From an uncultured Rhodobacterales bacterium (GTDB lineage Bacteria; Pseudomonadota; Alphaproteobacteria; Rhodobacterales; Rhodobacteraceae): 43,324 nt of DNA. Location of the stretch: assembly GCA_964473055.1 (NCBI GenBank), contig CAYYOE010000001.1:1-43324 (forward strand). The letters are read 5' to 3'. Below, piece after piece: positions 8,982 to 18,307 of the stretch. The notes below the pieces were generated by a model. The model was not told where the DNA came from and searched no databases. It saw only the letters and a list, made by a program, of their open reading frames with translations. A program made the translations under genes and the position numbers. Each line of letters starts with the position of its first letter. Positions within the stretch are counted from its first letter, which is position 1.

Positions 8982-11286
8982 GGGCGGCGGCGTTTTCGAC
9001 AGGTCCGCGCTTGGCCGCCGTGCGGATCGCCGTCCAGACCGCAAGGGGCGTTGCGGGCATCTCCACATGCTCGACCCCGAGCGGCGCCAGGGCATCGGCC
9101 ACCGCGGACGCAAGGCAGGGCAGCGCGCCCACGGTCCCGGCCTCGCCCGCGCCCTTGGCGCCGAGGGCATTGGCCGCCGTGGACGTCGGAACGGACAGCA
9201 CCGAGAACATCGGCAAGTCCGCCGCGCGCGGCATCGTGTAGTCCATGAAGGACCCCGTCAGGGGACTGCCCGACGCAGGGTCTGTCCGGATCGCCTCGGC
9301 CAGGGCCTGCCCGATCCCCTGGGCGATTCCGCCATGGATCTGCCCGTGGGCAAGGAGCGGATTGACCACCCTGCCAAGGTCCTCGGCAGCGAGGTAGCGC
9401 AGGATCGCTGTTTCGCCGGTCTCGGGGTCGATCTCGACCTCGGCGATGTGGCATCCGTTCGGAAAAGTCGCTGCAGGCGTGGATTGCCAGCGCGAAGCGG
9501 TCAGGTGCAGGCCGCGGTCACGGACAAGGTCGAGGGGCGCGATGGTCACGTTGGTCAAGGAGGCGCGGAACAAGCCGTCCTCCAACGCGACGTCCTCGGC
9601 AGGGACCCCCAGCACAAGCGCGGCCTCGGTCCGCAGTTGCGCGGCCACATCCTGCGCTGCGGCCAGCAGAGCGCTGCCCGCTGCCGCGACCGAGCGCGAC
9701 CCGAAGGTGCCGGTGCCGCGGTCGACCGCTCCGGTGTCGCCCGCGATCAGGGTGATCGCGCCGGGGTCCATCCCGAGCGCCGAGGCCGCGATCTGCGCGA
9801 AGGTCGTGCGGTGCCCCTGCCCGGCGTCGCCGGTCCCCAGCCGAAGGGTGCAGCCGTGGGGCGTCAGGTCCACCTGCGCGAATTCGGGGGCCGGGGCAGC
9901 TGCAGGGCCGCCTGCGATCTCGATCGTGCAGGCCAGCCCGAAGCCCCGCAGCCGCCCCCGCGCCGCCGAACCTGCGCGACGCGCGGCAAATCCGGGCCAG
10001 TCCGCGGCGGCAAGCGCGCGGTCCAGAAGTCCGGGAAAATCGCCGCTGTCGTAGGTGAAGCCCAGCGGGGTGGTGTGCGGCAGGTCGACAGGGCGCAGCA
10101 TGTTCCGCCGCCGCAGGTCGACCCGGTCGAACCCCAGACTGGCAGCGGCGATGTCGATCATCCGTTCGGTGATGTAGGCAGCCTCGGGCCGCCCCGCGCC
10201 GCGATAGGCGGCGACGGTCGGGGTGTTCAGGAACACGCCCTCGACGCCCGCATGCATGGCGGGAAAGTGGTAGACCCCGGCAAGCGAGGGCAGGTTGCCA
10301 TGGGCCGAATGCAGCGTGGCAGGCCCGACATGCGCGCCCATCGCGACCACCGCCTCGACCTTGAGGGCAAGGAAGCGCCCGTCGGCATCCAGCGCCAGTG
10401 TGGCATCCACGATCTGTTCGCGCGCCTGCGGGTCGGACAGGAACGCCTCGGACCGGGTGGCGATCCAGCGCACCGGCCGGCCAGTCAGGCGCGCGGCCGC
10501 CAGCACCACGGCCAGTTCGGGGGCCGGCGCGTTGCGCATCCCGAAGGACCCGCCGCAGTTTTCGGAGACGACGCGGACCGATCCCGGCGGACGGCCCATC
10601 AGCCGCGCCATCCCCTGCGCAAGCCCGTGCGGCGCCTGCGTGCCGGCCCACAAGATGTAGCCCGCCCCGTCCCATTCCCCAATTGCCCCGCGCGGTTCCA
10701 TCGTCGCGGCCGCCACCCGGCTGATCGTCAGGCGCCGCCGCACGACATGGGCCGCCCCTGCAAGGGCCGCCGCCACCGCCGCGGCATCGCCGATCTCGTG
10801 GCGGAAGGCGACATTGTCCGGGCAATCGGCCCAGACCGCGCGCGCCCCGCGCGCACGGGCCAGATCGACCGTGGCCGAGGCAGGCGCGATATCCACCTCG
10901 ACCGCCTCGGCCGCAAGCTGCGCGGCGGCTTGCGAGGTGGCCACAACGGCAAGAAGGGGTTGCCCGGCATGGTGCACCTCACCTTCGGCCAACGGCGGGA
11001 ACGGCGGAATGTGCACCCGGCCATCCACCGTCTGCGGCACCCGCGCCGGACCCAGCATCCCGACCCCCAGAGCGCGCAGGTCCGCCGCGTCGATCACCGC
11101 CAGCACCCCCGGCATCCCTGCCGCGCGGTCCCGGTCGATCCGCCGGATGCGTCCCGCAGCATGGTCCGACCGCAGGAAGACAAGCGCGGCGCAGCCCTCG
11201 GGCGCGGCGTCATCGGTAAACCGACCCCGACCGCGCAGCAGGGCGTCATCCTCGAACCGGGGCAGGAACCGGCCGATCAGCGTCAT
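8959..11286 (-). CDS. Xanthine dehydrogenase/CO dehydrogenase family molybdopterin-binding large subunit
   Basis: A 775-aa protein. The N-terminus MTLIGRFLPRFEDDALLRGRGRFTDD is the typical CoxL-like start, and the length and Gly-rich MoCo-binding segments fit the family. Its start overlaps the stop of the upstream hydrolase gene (ATGA at 11283..11286). Confidence 0.92.
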   Translation of the reverse strand: MTLIGRFLPRFEDDALLRGRGRFTDDAAPEGCAALVFLRSDHAAGRIRRIDRDRAAGMPGVLAVIDAADLRALGVGMLGPARVPQTVDGRVHIPPFPPLAEGEVHHAGQPLLAVVATSQAAAQLAAEAVEVDIAPASATVDLARARGARAVWADCPDNVAFRHEIGDAAAVAAALAGAAHVVRRRLTISRVAAATMEPRGAIGEWDGAGYILWAGTQAPHGLAQGMARLMGRPPGSVRVVSENCGGSFGMRNAPAPELAVVLAAARLTGRPVRWIATRSEAFLSDPQAREQIVDATLALDADGRFLALKVEAVVAMGAHVGPATLHSAHGNLPSLAGVYHFPAMHAGVEGVFLNTPTVAAYRGAGRPEAAYITERMIDIAAASLGFDRVDLRRRNMLRPVDLPHTTPLGFTYDSGDFPGLLDRALAAADWPGFAARRAGSAARGRLRGFGLACTIEIAGGPAAAPAPEFAQVDLTPHGCTLRLGTGDAGQGHRTTFAQIAASALGMDPGAITLIAGDTGAVDRGTGTFGSRSVAAAGSALLAAAQDVAAQLRTEAALVLGVPAEDVALEDGLFRASLTNVTIAPLDLVRDRGLHLTASRWQSTPAATFPNGCHIAEVEIDPETGETAILRYLAAEDLGRVVNPLLAHGQIHGGIAQGIGQALAEAIRTDPASGSPLTGSFMDYTMPRAADLPMFSVLSVPTSTAANALGAKGAGEAGTVGALPCLASAVADALAPLGVEHVEMPATPLAVWTAIRTAAKRGPVENAAAPTSSAAC

Positions 11287-11993
11287 TCGGCGGCGACTGC
11301 GGGGGACAGGGTGCCCAGATGCGCCAGGACCTCGTCCAGGTGCATGACGTCGGCGTATTTGTGGTGCAGGTCGAACAGGTTCATCTTGTGGACAAGCTCG
11401 TGCCGGTCATAGGTGCACTCTTCCACAAGGCTGACGTGCAAGCCACTGGAATGGGCGTCGACGCAGCTGGCCCGGACGCAGCCCGATGTGCTTTCGCCGC
11501 AGACAATGACGCTTTTCACGCCGAGGATGTTGAGGTGCGAGATCAGCGGCGTGCCCTGGAAGATCGAGGCACGCTGCTTGGGGATCAGGATGTCACCTTC
11601 TTGCGGTGCGAAGTCCGGCCAGATCTCGAAGTCCGAGGGATCGCGGCGCACGCCCTTGCGGTGCGTGGCGCCGACGCGGCGGGGCGCCGACTGGGGCCTT
11701 GTATCGCCGAAGCAGTAGAAGATCGGGATACCTGCCCCGCGCGCCGCGGCGATCAGCCGTTTCGTTGGCTCGATCGCCCGGTGGGCATAGAGGCCGCAGC
11801 TCGACGGATAGCTGTCCTGCAATTCGGCCGGGGGGCGCGACCCGCCCTGGTAGGCGAGGTTGTAGAGGTCGATCAGCAAGAGTGCGGGCGCGGGGCCGAC
11901 GAAGGTCTCGCGCCGGTAGGGGGCGTAGAGACGGATCAGATCCTCGGGCACGACATCCTTCCAGGCGTGGTCCTCGAAGAGGTCGGGGGTCAT
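11283..11993 (-). CDS. Isochorismatase-family cysteine hydrolase, N-carbamoylsarcosine-amidase-like (paralog 1)
   Basis: Catalytic D-K-C signature: LLLIDLYN, ILIPKQRASIFQGT, VIVCGESTSGCVRAS. The C-terminal LFDLHHKYADVMHLDEVLAHL block is shared with the other two paralogs. Confidence 0.9.
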   Translation of the reverse strand: MTPDLFEDHAWKDVVPEDLIRLYAPYRRETFVGPAPALLLIDLYNLAYQGGSRPPAELQDSYPSSCGLYAHRAIEPTKRLIAAARGAGIPIFYCFGDTRPQSAPRRVGATHRKGVRRDPSDFEIWPDFAPQEGDILIPKQRASIFQGTPLISHLNILGVKSVIVCGESTSGCVRASCVDAHSSGLHVSLVEECTYDRHELVHKMNLFDLHHKYADVMHLDEVLAHLGTLSPAVAAE

Positions 11994-12008
11994 GGCGTTC
12001 TCCTTCGG

Positions 12009-12509
12009 TCAGGGGCTGAGGGCAAGGACGGTCTCGGCGGCGAGGCCGGACAGGATCGGCACCGGCAGGCTGGCCAGCATGCGCAGAAGGACGAAGTGCC
12101 AGCCCATGATCGGCGCCTCGTAGGCGAGCGTCCGGTGCAACGCAAAGACCGACCAGCCGGCGATCAGGGCCACGATCTGCGGCGTGCCGGCGCCTGCATT
12201 GATAAAGACGAGCGCCAGCGGAAACGAGGTCATCGGTCCGCCGGGCATGATCCCGCCGACGACCGAGGCGACGACGATCCCCTGAAGGCCCGAGGCCGGG
12301 CCGATCACCGGCGTCAGCGCCTGCAGCGGCAAGGCGTGGATCAGGAAGGCGGTGGCGACCAGCGCGAGCGGCAGGCGGATTATCAGCGCGCGGCCCTGGT
12401 CGCGCGCACCGCTGGCCGCCTGTGCCAGCCCGTCCCGCCCCTCGCGTCGCCAGACGACCCAGGCGGCGGCGAGGACCAACGCCCAGATCAGAAGCGTGGC
12501 CGCGATCAT
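12009..12509 (-). CDS. Small integral membrane protein, half-size putative permease subunit (paralog A)
   Basis: Only the C-terminal 166 codons of ORF 12009..12980 look real (MIAATLLIWALVLAAAWVVW...). It is hydrophobic with about five segments and carries the motif GGIMPGGPMTSFPL. Its ATG at 12509 overlaps the stop of the upstream paralog (ATGA). Confidence 0.7.
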   Translation of the reverse strand: MIAATLLIWALVLAAAWVVWRREGRDGLAQAASGARDQGRALIIRLPLALVATAFLIHALPLQALTPVIGPASGLQGIVVASVVGGIMPGGPMTSFPLALVFINAGAGTPQIVALIAGWSVFALHRTLAYEAPIMGWHFVLLRMLASLPVPILSGLAAETVLALSP

Positions 12510-13069
12510 TCTGCCGCCCCCCGCCGCAGCGCGAGCCGGGGCGAGCGCACGAGCCGGCGTGCCAGAAGGCCCACGAGGATCGGCATCGGCAGGCTGACCA
12601 GCACCCGGATCAGGGTCAGGTCCGCCCCCATCAGCGGCAGTTCCCAGACGATGATGCGATTGATCCCGATCAGCGCCCATGCGGCAAGGAAGGCCATCAA
12701 CGTGCCCGCGTCCGCCCCCGCGATCCAGAGCGCATGGACCAGAGGGAACGAGGTGAAGGGCCCGCCTGGCGTGATGGCGCCGAAGACCGAGGCGAGAATA
12801 AGCCCCCGCATCCCCGATCCTGCACCCAGCGTGCGGGCCACTCGGTCGCGCCCCACAAGACGCGACAGCAGGGCGCCCAGCAGCAACCCCGCCACCAGCG
12901 GCGGGATCACCAGAAGGATCATACCCGCCGCCTCGCGCAGGGCGGTACCGATCAGCTCGGCCCCGCCGATGCGCCAGCACCCGACCGCCCCGCCAGTGGC
13001 GAGGACGGCGAACACCGCCTCGCTGCGGCCGAAGCGCGGGCCGCGGGGGCGCTGCCCGGCTGCGCTCAC
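12506..13069 (-). CDS. Small integral membrane protein, half-size putative permease subunit (paralog B)
   Basis: It aligns along its length with paralog A (GAITPGGPFTSFPL versus GGIMPGGPMTSFPL). I infer a GTG start at 13069 that overlaps the stop of the upstream hydrolase (GTGA), which restores the N-terminal TM helix AVFAVLATGGAVGCW. Confidence 0.65.
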   Translation of the reverse strand: MSAAGQRPRGPRFGRSEAVFAVLATGGAVGCWRIGGAELIGTALREAAGMILLVIPPLVAGLLLGALLSRLVGRDRVARTLGAGSGMRGLILASVFGAITPGGPFTSFPLVHALWIAGADAGTLMAFLAAWALIGINRIIVWELPLMGADLTLIRVLVSLPMPILVGLLARRLVRSPRLALRRGAAE

Positions 13070-13827
13070 TCGGCCGCCATCATGCCTGCGCCCGATGGCA
13101 GGTCGAACATGCCCTGGCTCAGCGTGGCCAGATGGTCGAGCACCTCGGACGAGTGATAGACGTTGGCGTACTTCGCGTGCATGTCGCACAGGTTGATCGC
13201 ATGGCTCGCCTGCGACCGGTCAAAGCAGCCGTCCTCGACCACCGTCACCCGGAAGTTCAGCGAGAAGGCGTCAAGCACGGTCGCCCGCACGCAGCCCGAT
13301 GTCGTGGTGCCGGTAACGATCACGCTGTCGCAGCCCAGCAGTTGCAGGTAGCTGTGCAAGGGCGTGCCGGCAAAGCCCGAGGGCTTCTGCTTCAGGATCA
13401 CCAGGTCGCGCGGGCCGGGCGCGATGGCGTCGACGATCTCGTTGCCATCGCGGCCGTCGCTGGTGAGGATCGGCTTGCGCTCTTCCTGGCGGCGGCTGTT
13501 CTTCCAGGTCCAGGACCCGCTGTCCCAGTTGTCGTGGCGGCGCGTGCCGGTGGTGTAGATCACCGGAATGCCCTTGCCGCGGCAGGTCATGATCAGCTTC
13601 TGCAGGACAGGCATAGCTTCCCAGGCATCCTCGCCGCAGGAGGTGCGCCATTTCTGGATCGAGTCGAGGATCGGCTTCGATTCCTCGTCGCAGAAGGCGT
13701 AGTTCACGTCGATGATCAGCAGCGCGGGGCGCTTGCCCCATTCGGCCGTAGCGCCAAAGCCCGAGGCTGCGAAAACAGCCTTGTCGCGCTCGGTCAGGTA
13801 GGAGTCCCATACGCGTTCGGTGGTCAT
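13066..13827 (-). CDS. Isochorismatase-family cysteine hydrolase, N-carbamoylsarcosine-amidase-like (paralog 2)
   Basis: LLIIDVNYAF, GIPVIYTTG, VILKQKPSGFAGTPL, VIVTGTTTSGCVRAT and LCDMHAKYANVYHSSEVLDHL. The block order matches my recollection of Arthrobacter N-carbamoylsarcosine amidase. Confidence 0.9.
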   Translation of the reverse strand: MTTERVWDSYLTERDKAVFAASGFGATAEWGKRPALLIIDVNYAFCDEESKPILDSIQKWRTSCGEDAWEAMPVLQKLIMTCRGKGIPVIYTTGTRRHDNWDSGSWTWKNSRRQEERKPILTSDGRDGNEIVDAIAPGPRDLVILKQKPSGFAGTPLHSYLQLLGCDSVIVTGTTTSGCVRATVLDAFSLNFRVTVVEDGCFDRSQASHAINLCDMHAKYANVYHSSEVLDHLATLSQGMFDLPSGAGMMAAE

Positions 13828-13843
13828 GTGTCAGATTCCTTCT

Positions 13844-15076
13844 TCAGGGGTTGCGGCGGGAAATCACAAGGGTCGAAAGGCCCAGCATCAGGGCGAAGAA
13901 TACCAGCAGGGCTGCGTTGACGAACAACCCCCCGGACTGGCCGATGGCAAAGGCGTCGATCACCACGCCGATCGAAATCGGGCCGATCAGGTAGCCCAGG
14001 TCGCCTGCGAAGCGCATGGCGCCCATGGCCGGGCCATGGTGATCAGGCGGCGACAGTTCGATCGAATAGGCCCCCACGGCGGGGCCGCTGACCCCGCTCG
14101 CCGCCCCCATCGCGACCATGGCCGCGGTCAGGGTGGCCATGCTGGGCGCAAGGACACACCAGACGAGACAGAACGCGGTGGCCAGAAGCGACGCCACGAT
14201 CAGCCCCGGCCGCGGGACACGTTCGACCAGCCAGGCCGCCAGCGGCAGCACCGCAAGCGTGGCAAGGGCGGACAGGGTGATGGCAAGGCCGATCTGGTCG
14301 GGCCCCGCGCCGAAGCGTTCGTCTGCCATCAGCGGGATCATCTGCCATTGCGCGGCGACACGGGTCATGAAGACCCCGAAGTTGACCATCAGGATGCTGA
14401 GGAAGGGCAGCGCGAGGATCAGCGCGAGGGGGACACGGTGGCCCTGTGTCCCCTCGGGACGGGACGGGGCCGGGGCATCGCGGAACATCACCCAGGCGAC
14501 AAGCGCGGTTGCGGCCCCGATCACCCCGGCGGCCATGAACGGACCCGAAGGCCCGGCCAGCCCGGCGGCCAGCCCGCCTGCCGCCGGACCGAACGCCGCG
14601 CCCACCAGCATCGCGCCCTGGAACAGCGACATCATCTTGCCCCGGCTGCGACGGTCGCTGTGCCGGGCCACATAGATGGTGGTCGCGGTCATGTAGAGAC
14701 CCGAGCCCACCCCCTGGACCGTCCGGCCGAGCAGCAGCAGCCAGTATTCCTCCGCCATGGCGCCAACGGCCGATCCCAGCGCACACAGCAGCGGCCCGCC
14801 CCACAACAGCACCCGCAATCCTACCCGGTCGGACAGGATGCCCGCCGGCATGTCGGCCGCCAGCCTTCCAACAGCGAACAGGGTGATCATCAGCCCGATC
14901 TGCCATCCCGGAATGCCGAAACCCTGCGCGTAGACCGCCATCACCGGGGTCAACATGCCGAACATCGTCATGTGCGCGGCCACGGTGACCAGGATCACCG
15001 GGAACGCGGGGGTGTCGCGGATCACCTCGCGCCAGGTGGCGGGGGTTGCCACGTCAAGTGTCTGCATCGCGGCCAT
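13844..15076 (-). CDS. MFS transporter
   Basis: A 12-TM-like profile with the MFS loop motif GRLADMPAGILSDRVGLR. The start was trimmed to MAAMQTLD (15076), 4 nt after the upstream MFS stop. Confidence 0.9.
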   Translation of the reverse strand: MAAMQTLDVATPATWREVIRDTPAFPVILVTVAAHMTMFGMLTPVMAVYAQGFGIPGWQIGLMITLFAVGRLAADMPAGILSDRVGLRVLLWGGPLLCALGSAVGAMAEEYWLLLLGRTVQGVGSGLYMTATTIYVARHSDRRSRGKMMSLFQGAMLVGAAFGPAAGGLAAGLAGPSGPFMAAGVIGAATALVAWVMFRDAPAPSRPEGTQGHRVPLALILALPFLSILMVNFGVFMTRVAAQWQMIPLMADERFGAGPDQIGLAITLSALATLAVLPLAAWLVERVPRPGLIVASLLATAFCLVWCVLAPSMATLTAAMVAMGAASGVSGPAVGAYSIELSPPDHHGPAMGAMRFAGDLGYLIGPISIGVVIDAFAIGQSGGLFVNAALLVFFALMLGLSTLVISRRNP

Positions 15077-15080
15077 TGCC

Positions 15081-16328
15081 CTATTCCGCCGGGCCGCGCG
15101 CGCCGGTGCCCCAAGTCGCAAGCTTCCAGGACCGGCGCGTCCAGATGGCGAAGCCGACAACCGTGCCCACCAGCAGCATCCCGCCGCCGTAGAAGGCCGC
15201 CGTCAGCCCGAACAACCCGCCCGCCGCACCAAACAGCGCGGGCGACAGGATCTGCGAGAATCGGTTGGACAGCAGACGCAGACCCATCAACTTGCCGCGC
15301 CGCTCCTCTCCGACGGCATCGACCATGATCATGATGCTGACGGGCAGGTTCACCCCGACTGCGCCCCCCAGAACAATAGCGGTGGCGATCATTGCGGCGG
15401 GCTCGGCAACCACCAGCGGGGTCAGCACGACGCAGACGGCCGCGATGGTGCCGGCGGTCGTCAGGATCGGTTCCAGCGGGAAGCGCTTCATCACGATGGT
15501 GAGGCCGAAGCGGGCCAGCATCCCGGCCAACCCCTTGATCGACACGATCACTGCGATCAGCATGGTCGCATAGCCGTTCTGCGCGAGATACAGCGGCAGA
15601 AAGCTCATGTAGAGCGCCTGAATGAACATCACGAGGAAGGTGGCCGTCAGCCCGAACTGCACCGGCCGCAGCCGCGCGAGGTCGATCCCGCCGCGATAGC
15701 TGGACAGAACGCCCGAGGGGCGGAACACGTCGCGCGCGTTGATGCCTTCCTTTGCTTCCGGGCGCGGATAGAGCCGGGCGAACCAGGCGATCGCCAGCAT
15801 GAAGATCACGGTCGCGACCGTCGAGGCGACAAAGGCCGCGTGGTAGCCTGCGGCCGGAACGGGAAACGCCGAAGCAATGGCGCCACCGATCAGCGGCCCG
15901 AGCATCCCGCCGCCCGACATCCACATCGAATACCGCTTGATCGCGTCATTGCGGCGTTCGCGATCCCCATGCGACACCAGAACCTGCAAGGACGAGGCCA
16001 TGATGATGATGCAGGCCCCAAGCAGCACCTGCGACAGCGCCAGCAGCACCAGCCCCTCGGCAAAGACCATGCACAGAAGACCGCCCAGCAGGAACCATGA
16101 CCCCCAGAACAGCATCCGCATCGGACCGACCGTGTCGATCAGCTGGCCCACGGGCATGGCAATGAAGATCGGCAGGACCGCCTTCAACGTGATCATCATC
16201 CCGATGGTGAAGGTCGAGGCGCCCAGTTCATGGGCGTAGAGGGCGAAAAAGGGCTGTACGAGGCCGGTGATCGTGAAGAACACCCCCCCGCCGACGACCC
16301 CGAAGCGCGCGAAGCGGTCAGATTGCAT
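15081..16328 (-). CDS. MFS transporter
   Basis: A 415-aa polytopic protein with MFS-like repeats (PVGQLIDTVGPMRM). Its start overlaps the 3' end of the ABC ATPase gene by 11 nt. Confidence 0.9.
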   Translation of the reverse strand: MQSDRFARFGVVGGGVFFTITGLVQPFFALYAHELGASTFTIGMMITLKAVLPIFIAMPVGQLIDTVGPMRMLFWGSWFLLGGLLCMVFAEGLVLLALSQVLLGACIIIMASSLQVLVSHGDRERRNDAIKRYSMWMSGGGMLGPLIGGAIASAFPVPAAGYHAAFVASTVATVIFMLAIAWFARLYPRPEAKEGINARDVFRPSGVLSSYRGGIDLARLRPVQFGLTATFLVMFIQALYMSFLPLYLAQNGYATMLIAVIVSIKGLAGMLARFGLTIVMKRFPLEPILTTAGTIAAVCVVLTPLVVAEPAAMIATAIVLGGAVGVNLPVSIMIMVDAVGEERRGKLMGLRLLSNRFSQILSPALFGAAGGLFGLTAAFYGGGMLLVGTVVGFAIWTRRSWKLATWGTGARGPAE

Positions 16329-18294
16329 GGTGGCAGGCGGCCTCTCGGGTCTTGCGATGCTTGAACAGCACGGGCTTTTCGGTGCGGCAGATTTCGGTCG
16401 CCACGGGACAGCGACTGGCGAATGCGCAGCCCGGCGGCAGGTTCAGCGGGCTGGGCAGGTCGCCCTGCAACAGGCGGATCTCGCGCCGGGCCTCGAGCGC
16501 GGGATCGGGGATCGGCACGGCCTGCACCAGCGCGCGCGTGTAGGGGTGCAGCGGGGTGTCGAACACCTCGTCCGCGGGGCCGTATTCCACCACCTCGCCC
16601 AGGTACATCACCGCGATCCGGTCGGCGATGTGGCGCACGGTCAGCAGATCGTGGCTGATGAAGACGAAGCTGACGCCAAGGTCACGCTTCAGTTGGGCCA
16701 GCAGGTTGATGATCTGTGCCCGCACTGACACATCCAGCGCCGATGTCGGTTCGTCCGCGACCACGACCGAGGGGCTGAGCGCAAGCGCGCGGGCGACAGC
16801 GACACGCTGGCGCTGGCCGCCGGACAGCTGGTTTGGGTAACGCACAAGGTGGGCCACCTCCAGCCCGACCTGTTCGACAAGGGTCTCGACCCGGGACGCC
16901 CGTTCCGCGCGGGTGCCCCAGCCGCGCACGACAAGCGGTTCCTCGATGATCGCACGGATCGTCATCTTGGGGTTGAAGGACGAGAACGGGTCCTGAAACA
17001 CCATTTGCGCCATGCCATCGACGAAGATCTCGCCTCCGGTGGCGCGTTCCAGCCCCAGAAGCAGCCGGGCGACGGTACTCTTGCCGCAGCCGGATTCGCC
17101 GACGATGCCCAGCGTCTCGCCCTTCAGGACGCGCAGGCTGACCCCGTTCACGGCCTTGACCACCGTCCGGCGCGACGGGCTGAACAGGGATGCAGACTCG
17201 AAGTGCTTTACCAGGTTGTTGACCTCGACCACGACGCGGGATTCGACCTGATGGGGCTGCATATTCGGACGCACATCGGCCACCTGCGGCAGTGGCGCCG
17301 GGCCAAGACCACCTGCCACCCGGCAGGCCGCGGCGTGACCAGGGCCGACCGGGACCAGCGTGGGAACGTCGCATCGGCAGACGTCCTCGGCGACGGCGCA
17401 ACGGCTCATGAAGGCGCAGCCGGGGGGGGGCGTGCGCATGTCGGGCGGTGTCCCCGTGATCTGTGGCAGCGCAACAGCCCGAGGCGCGCCGGGGCTGGGG
17501 ATCGTGCGCAAAAGGCTCTGGGTGTATGGGTGGCTGGGACTGGCGAAGATGTCGCCCACCGGCCCGAATTCGACGATCCGGCCAGCGTACATCACGGCGA
17601 CCTTGTGGGCGAACCGGGCGACAAGGCCCAGATCGTGCGTGATGAACAGCATCGCCGCGCCGGTTTCGGCTGTCAGTGTCTTCAGCACCTCGACGATCTG
17701 TGCCTGAATCGTGACATCCAGCGCGGTGGTCGGTTCGTCGGCAATCACAAGTTGCGGCATGCTCGACAGCGCCATGGCGATCATGACCCGCTGCCGCATG
17801 CCGCCCGACATCTCGAACGGATAGGCATCGATCCGTCGCTCGGGTTCCGGGATACCGACCTTGCCGAGCCAGCGGATCGCCTCGGCCCTGGCGGCTTCGC
17901 GTGTCAGTCCGAGATTGCGCATGATCGGCGCGATCATCTGGCGCGACACCCGCATGACCGGATCGAGCGAGGCCATTGGATCCTGGAAGACGGTGCCGAC
18001 CTCGCGTCCGCGAACCGTGTTCAACTGGCGTTCCGACAGGGTGCAAAGATCGCGGCCCGCCAGGAAGACCTGGCCGCCGGTCACGCGCCCCGGGTGGGCC
18101 AGCAGCCGCAACAGCGACATGGCCATCGCGCTTTTGCCCGAGCCGCTTTCGCCCACGACAGCGACGCGTTCCCCGGCCGCAACGCTAAAGGACACGCCGT
18201 TCACGGCCTGCACCGTGCCCGACCCCGTACGGAATTCCGTATGCAGGTCGCGGACATCCAGAAGTGTGGTTTGCATGGCGGATTGAAAGGTCAT
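16318..18294 (-). CDS. Peptide/opine/nickel-type ABC transporter ATP-binding protein, fused double ATPase (DppD-DppF-like)
   Basis: Two full ABC cassettes are present, each with a Walker A (GESGSGKS and GESGCGKS), a signature (MSGGMRQRV and LSGGQRQRV), a Walker B and an oligopeptide-type C-terminal extension. The start was trimmed to MTFQSAMQ (18294). Confidence 0.93.
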   Translation of the reverse strand: MTFQSAMQTTLLDVRDLHTEFRTGSGTVQAVNGVSFSVAAGERVAVVGESGSGKSAMAMSLLRLLAHPGRVTGGQVFLAGRDLCTLSERQLNTVRGREVGTVFQDPMASLDPVMRVSRQMIAPIMRNLGLTREAARAEAIRWLGKVGIPEPERRIDAYPFEMSGGMRQRVMIAMALSSMPQLVIADEPTTALDVTIQAQIVEVLKTLTAETGAAMLFITHDLGLVARFAHKVAVMYAGRIVEFGPVGDIFASPSHPYTQSLLRTIPSPGAPRAVALPQITGTPPDMRTPPPGCAFMSRCAVAEDVCRCDVPTLVPVGPGHAAACRVAGGLGPAPLPQVADVRPNMQPHQVESRVVVEVNNLVKHFESASLFSPSRRTVVKAVNGVSLRVLKGETLGIVGESGCGKSTVARLLLGLERATGGEIFVDGMAQMVFQDPFSSFNPKMTIRAIIEEPLVVRGWGTRAERASRVETLVEQVGLEVAHLVRYPNQLSGGQRQRVAVARALALSPSVVVADEPTSALDVSVRAQIINLLAQLKRDLGVSFVFISHDLLTVRHIADRIAVMYLGEVVEYGPADEVFDTPLHPYTRALVQAVPIPDPALEARREIRLLQGDLPSPLNLPPGCAFASRCPVATEICRTEKPVLFKHRKTREAACHHAI

Positions 18295-18307
18295 CTGCGG
18301 CCCCCGT

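Noticed and set aside
9067-11412. A 781-aa plus-strand ORF, plus several 100 to 435-aa ORFs in the same span
   Set aside because: Antisense or out of frame to the molybdopterin subunit gene. Their composition (R, G, P, D repeats) is typical of shadow ORFs in GC-rich DNA.
12009-13189. Track ORFs of 323 aa (12009..12980) and 227 aa (12506..13189) taken at face value
   Set aside because: The N-terminal parts are Arg/Gly-rich and overlap neighbouring genes. Only the hydrophobic C-terminal parts align with each other, so the genes were re-called as 12009..12509 and 12506..13069.
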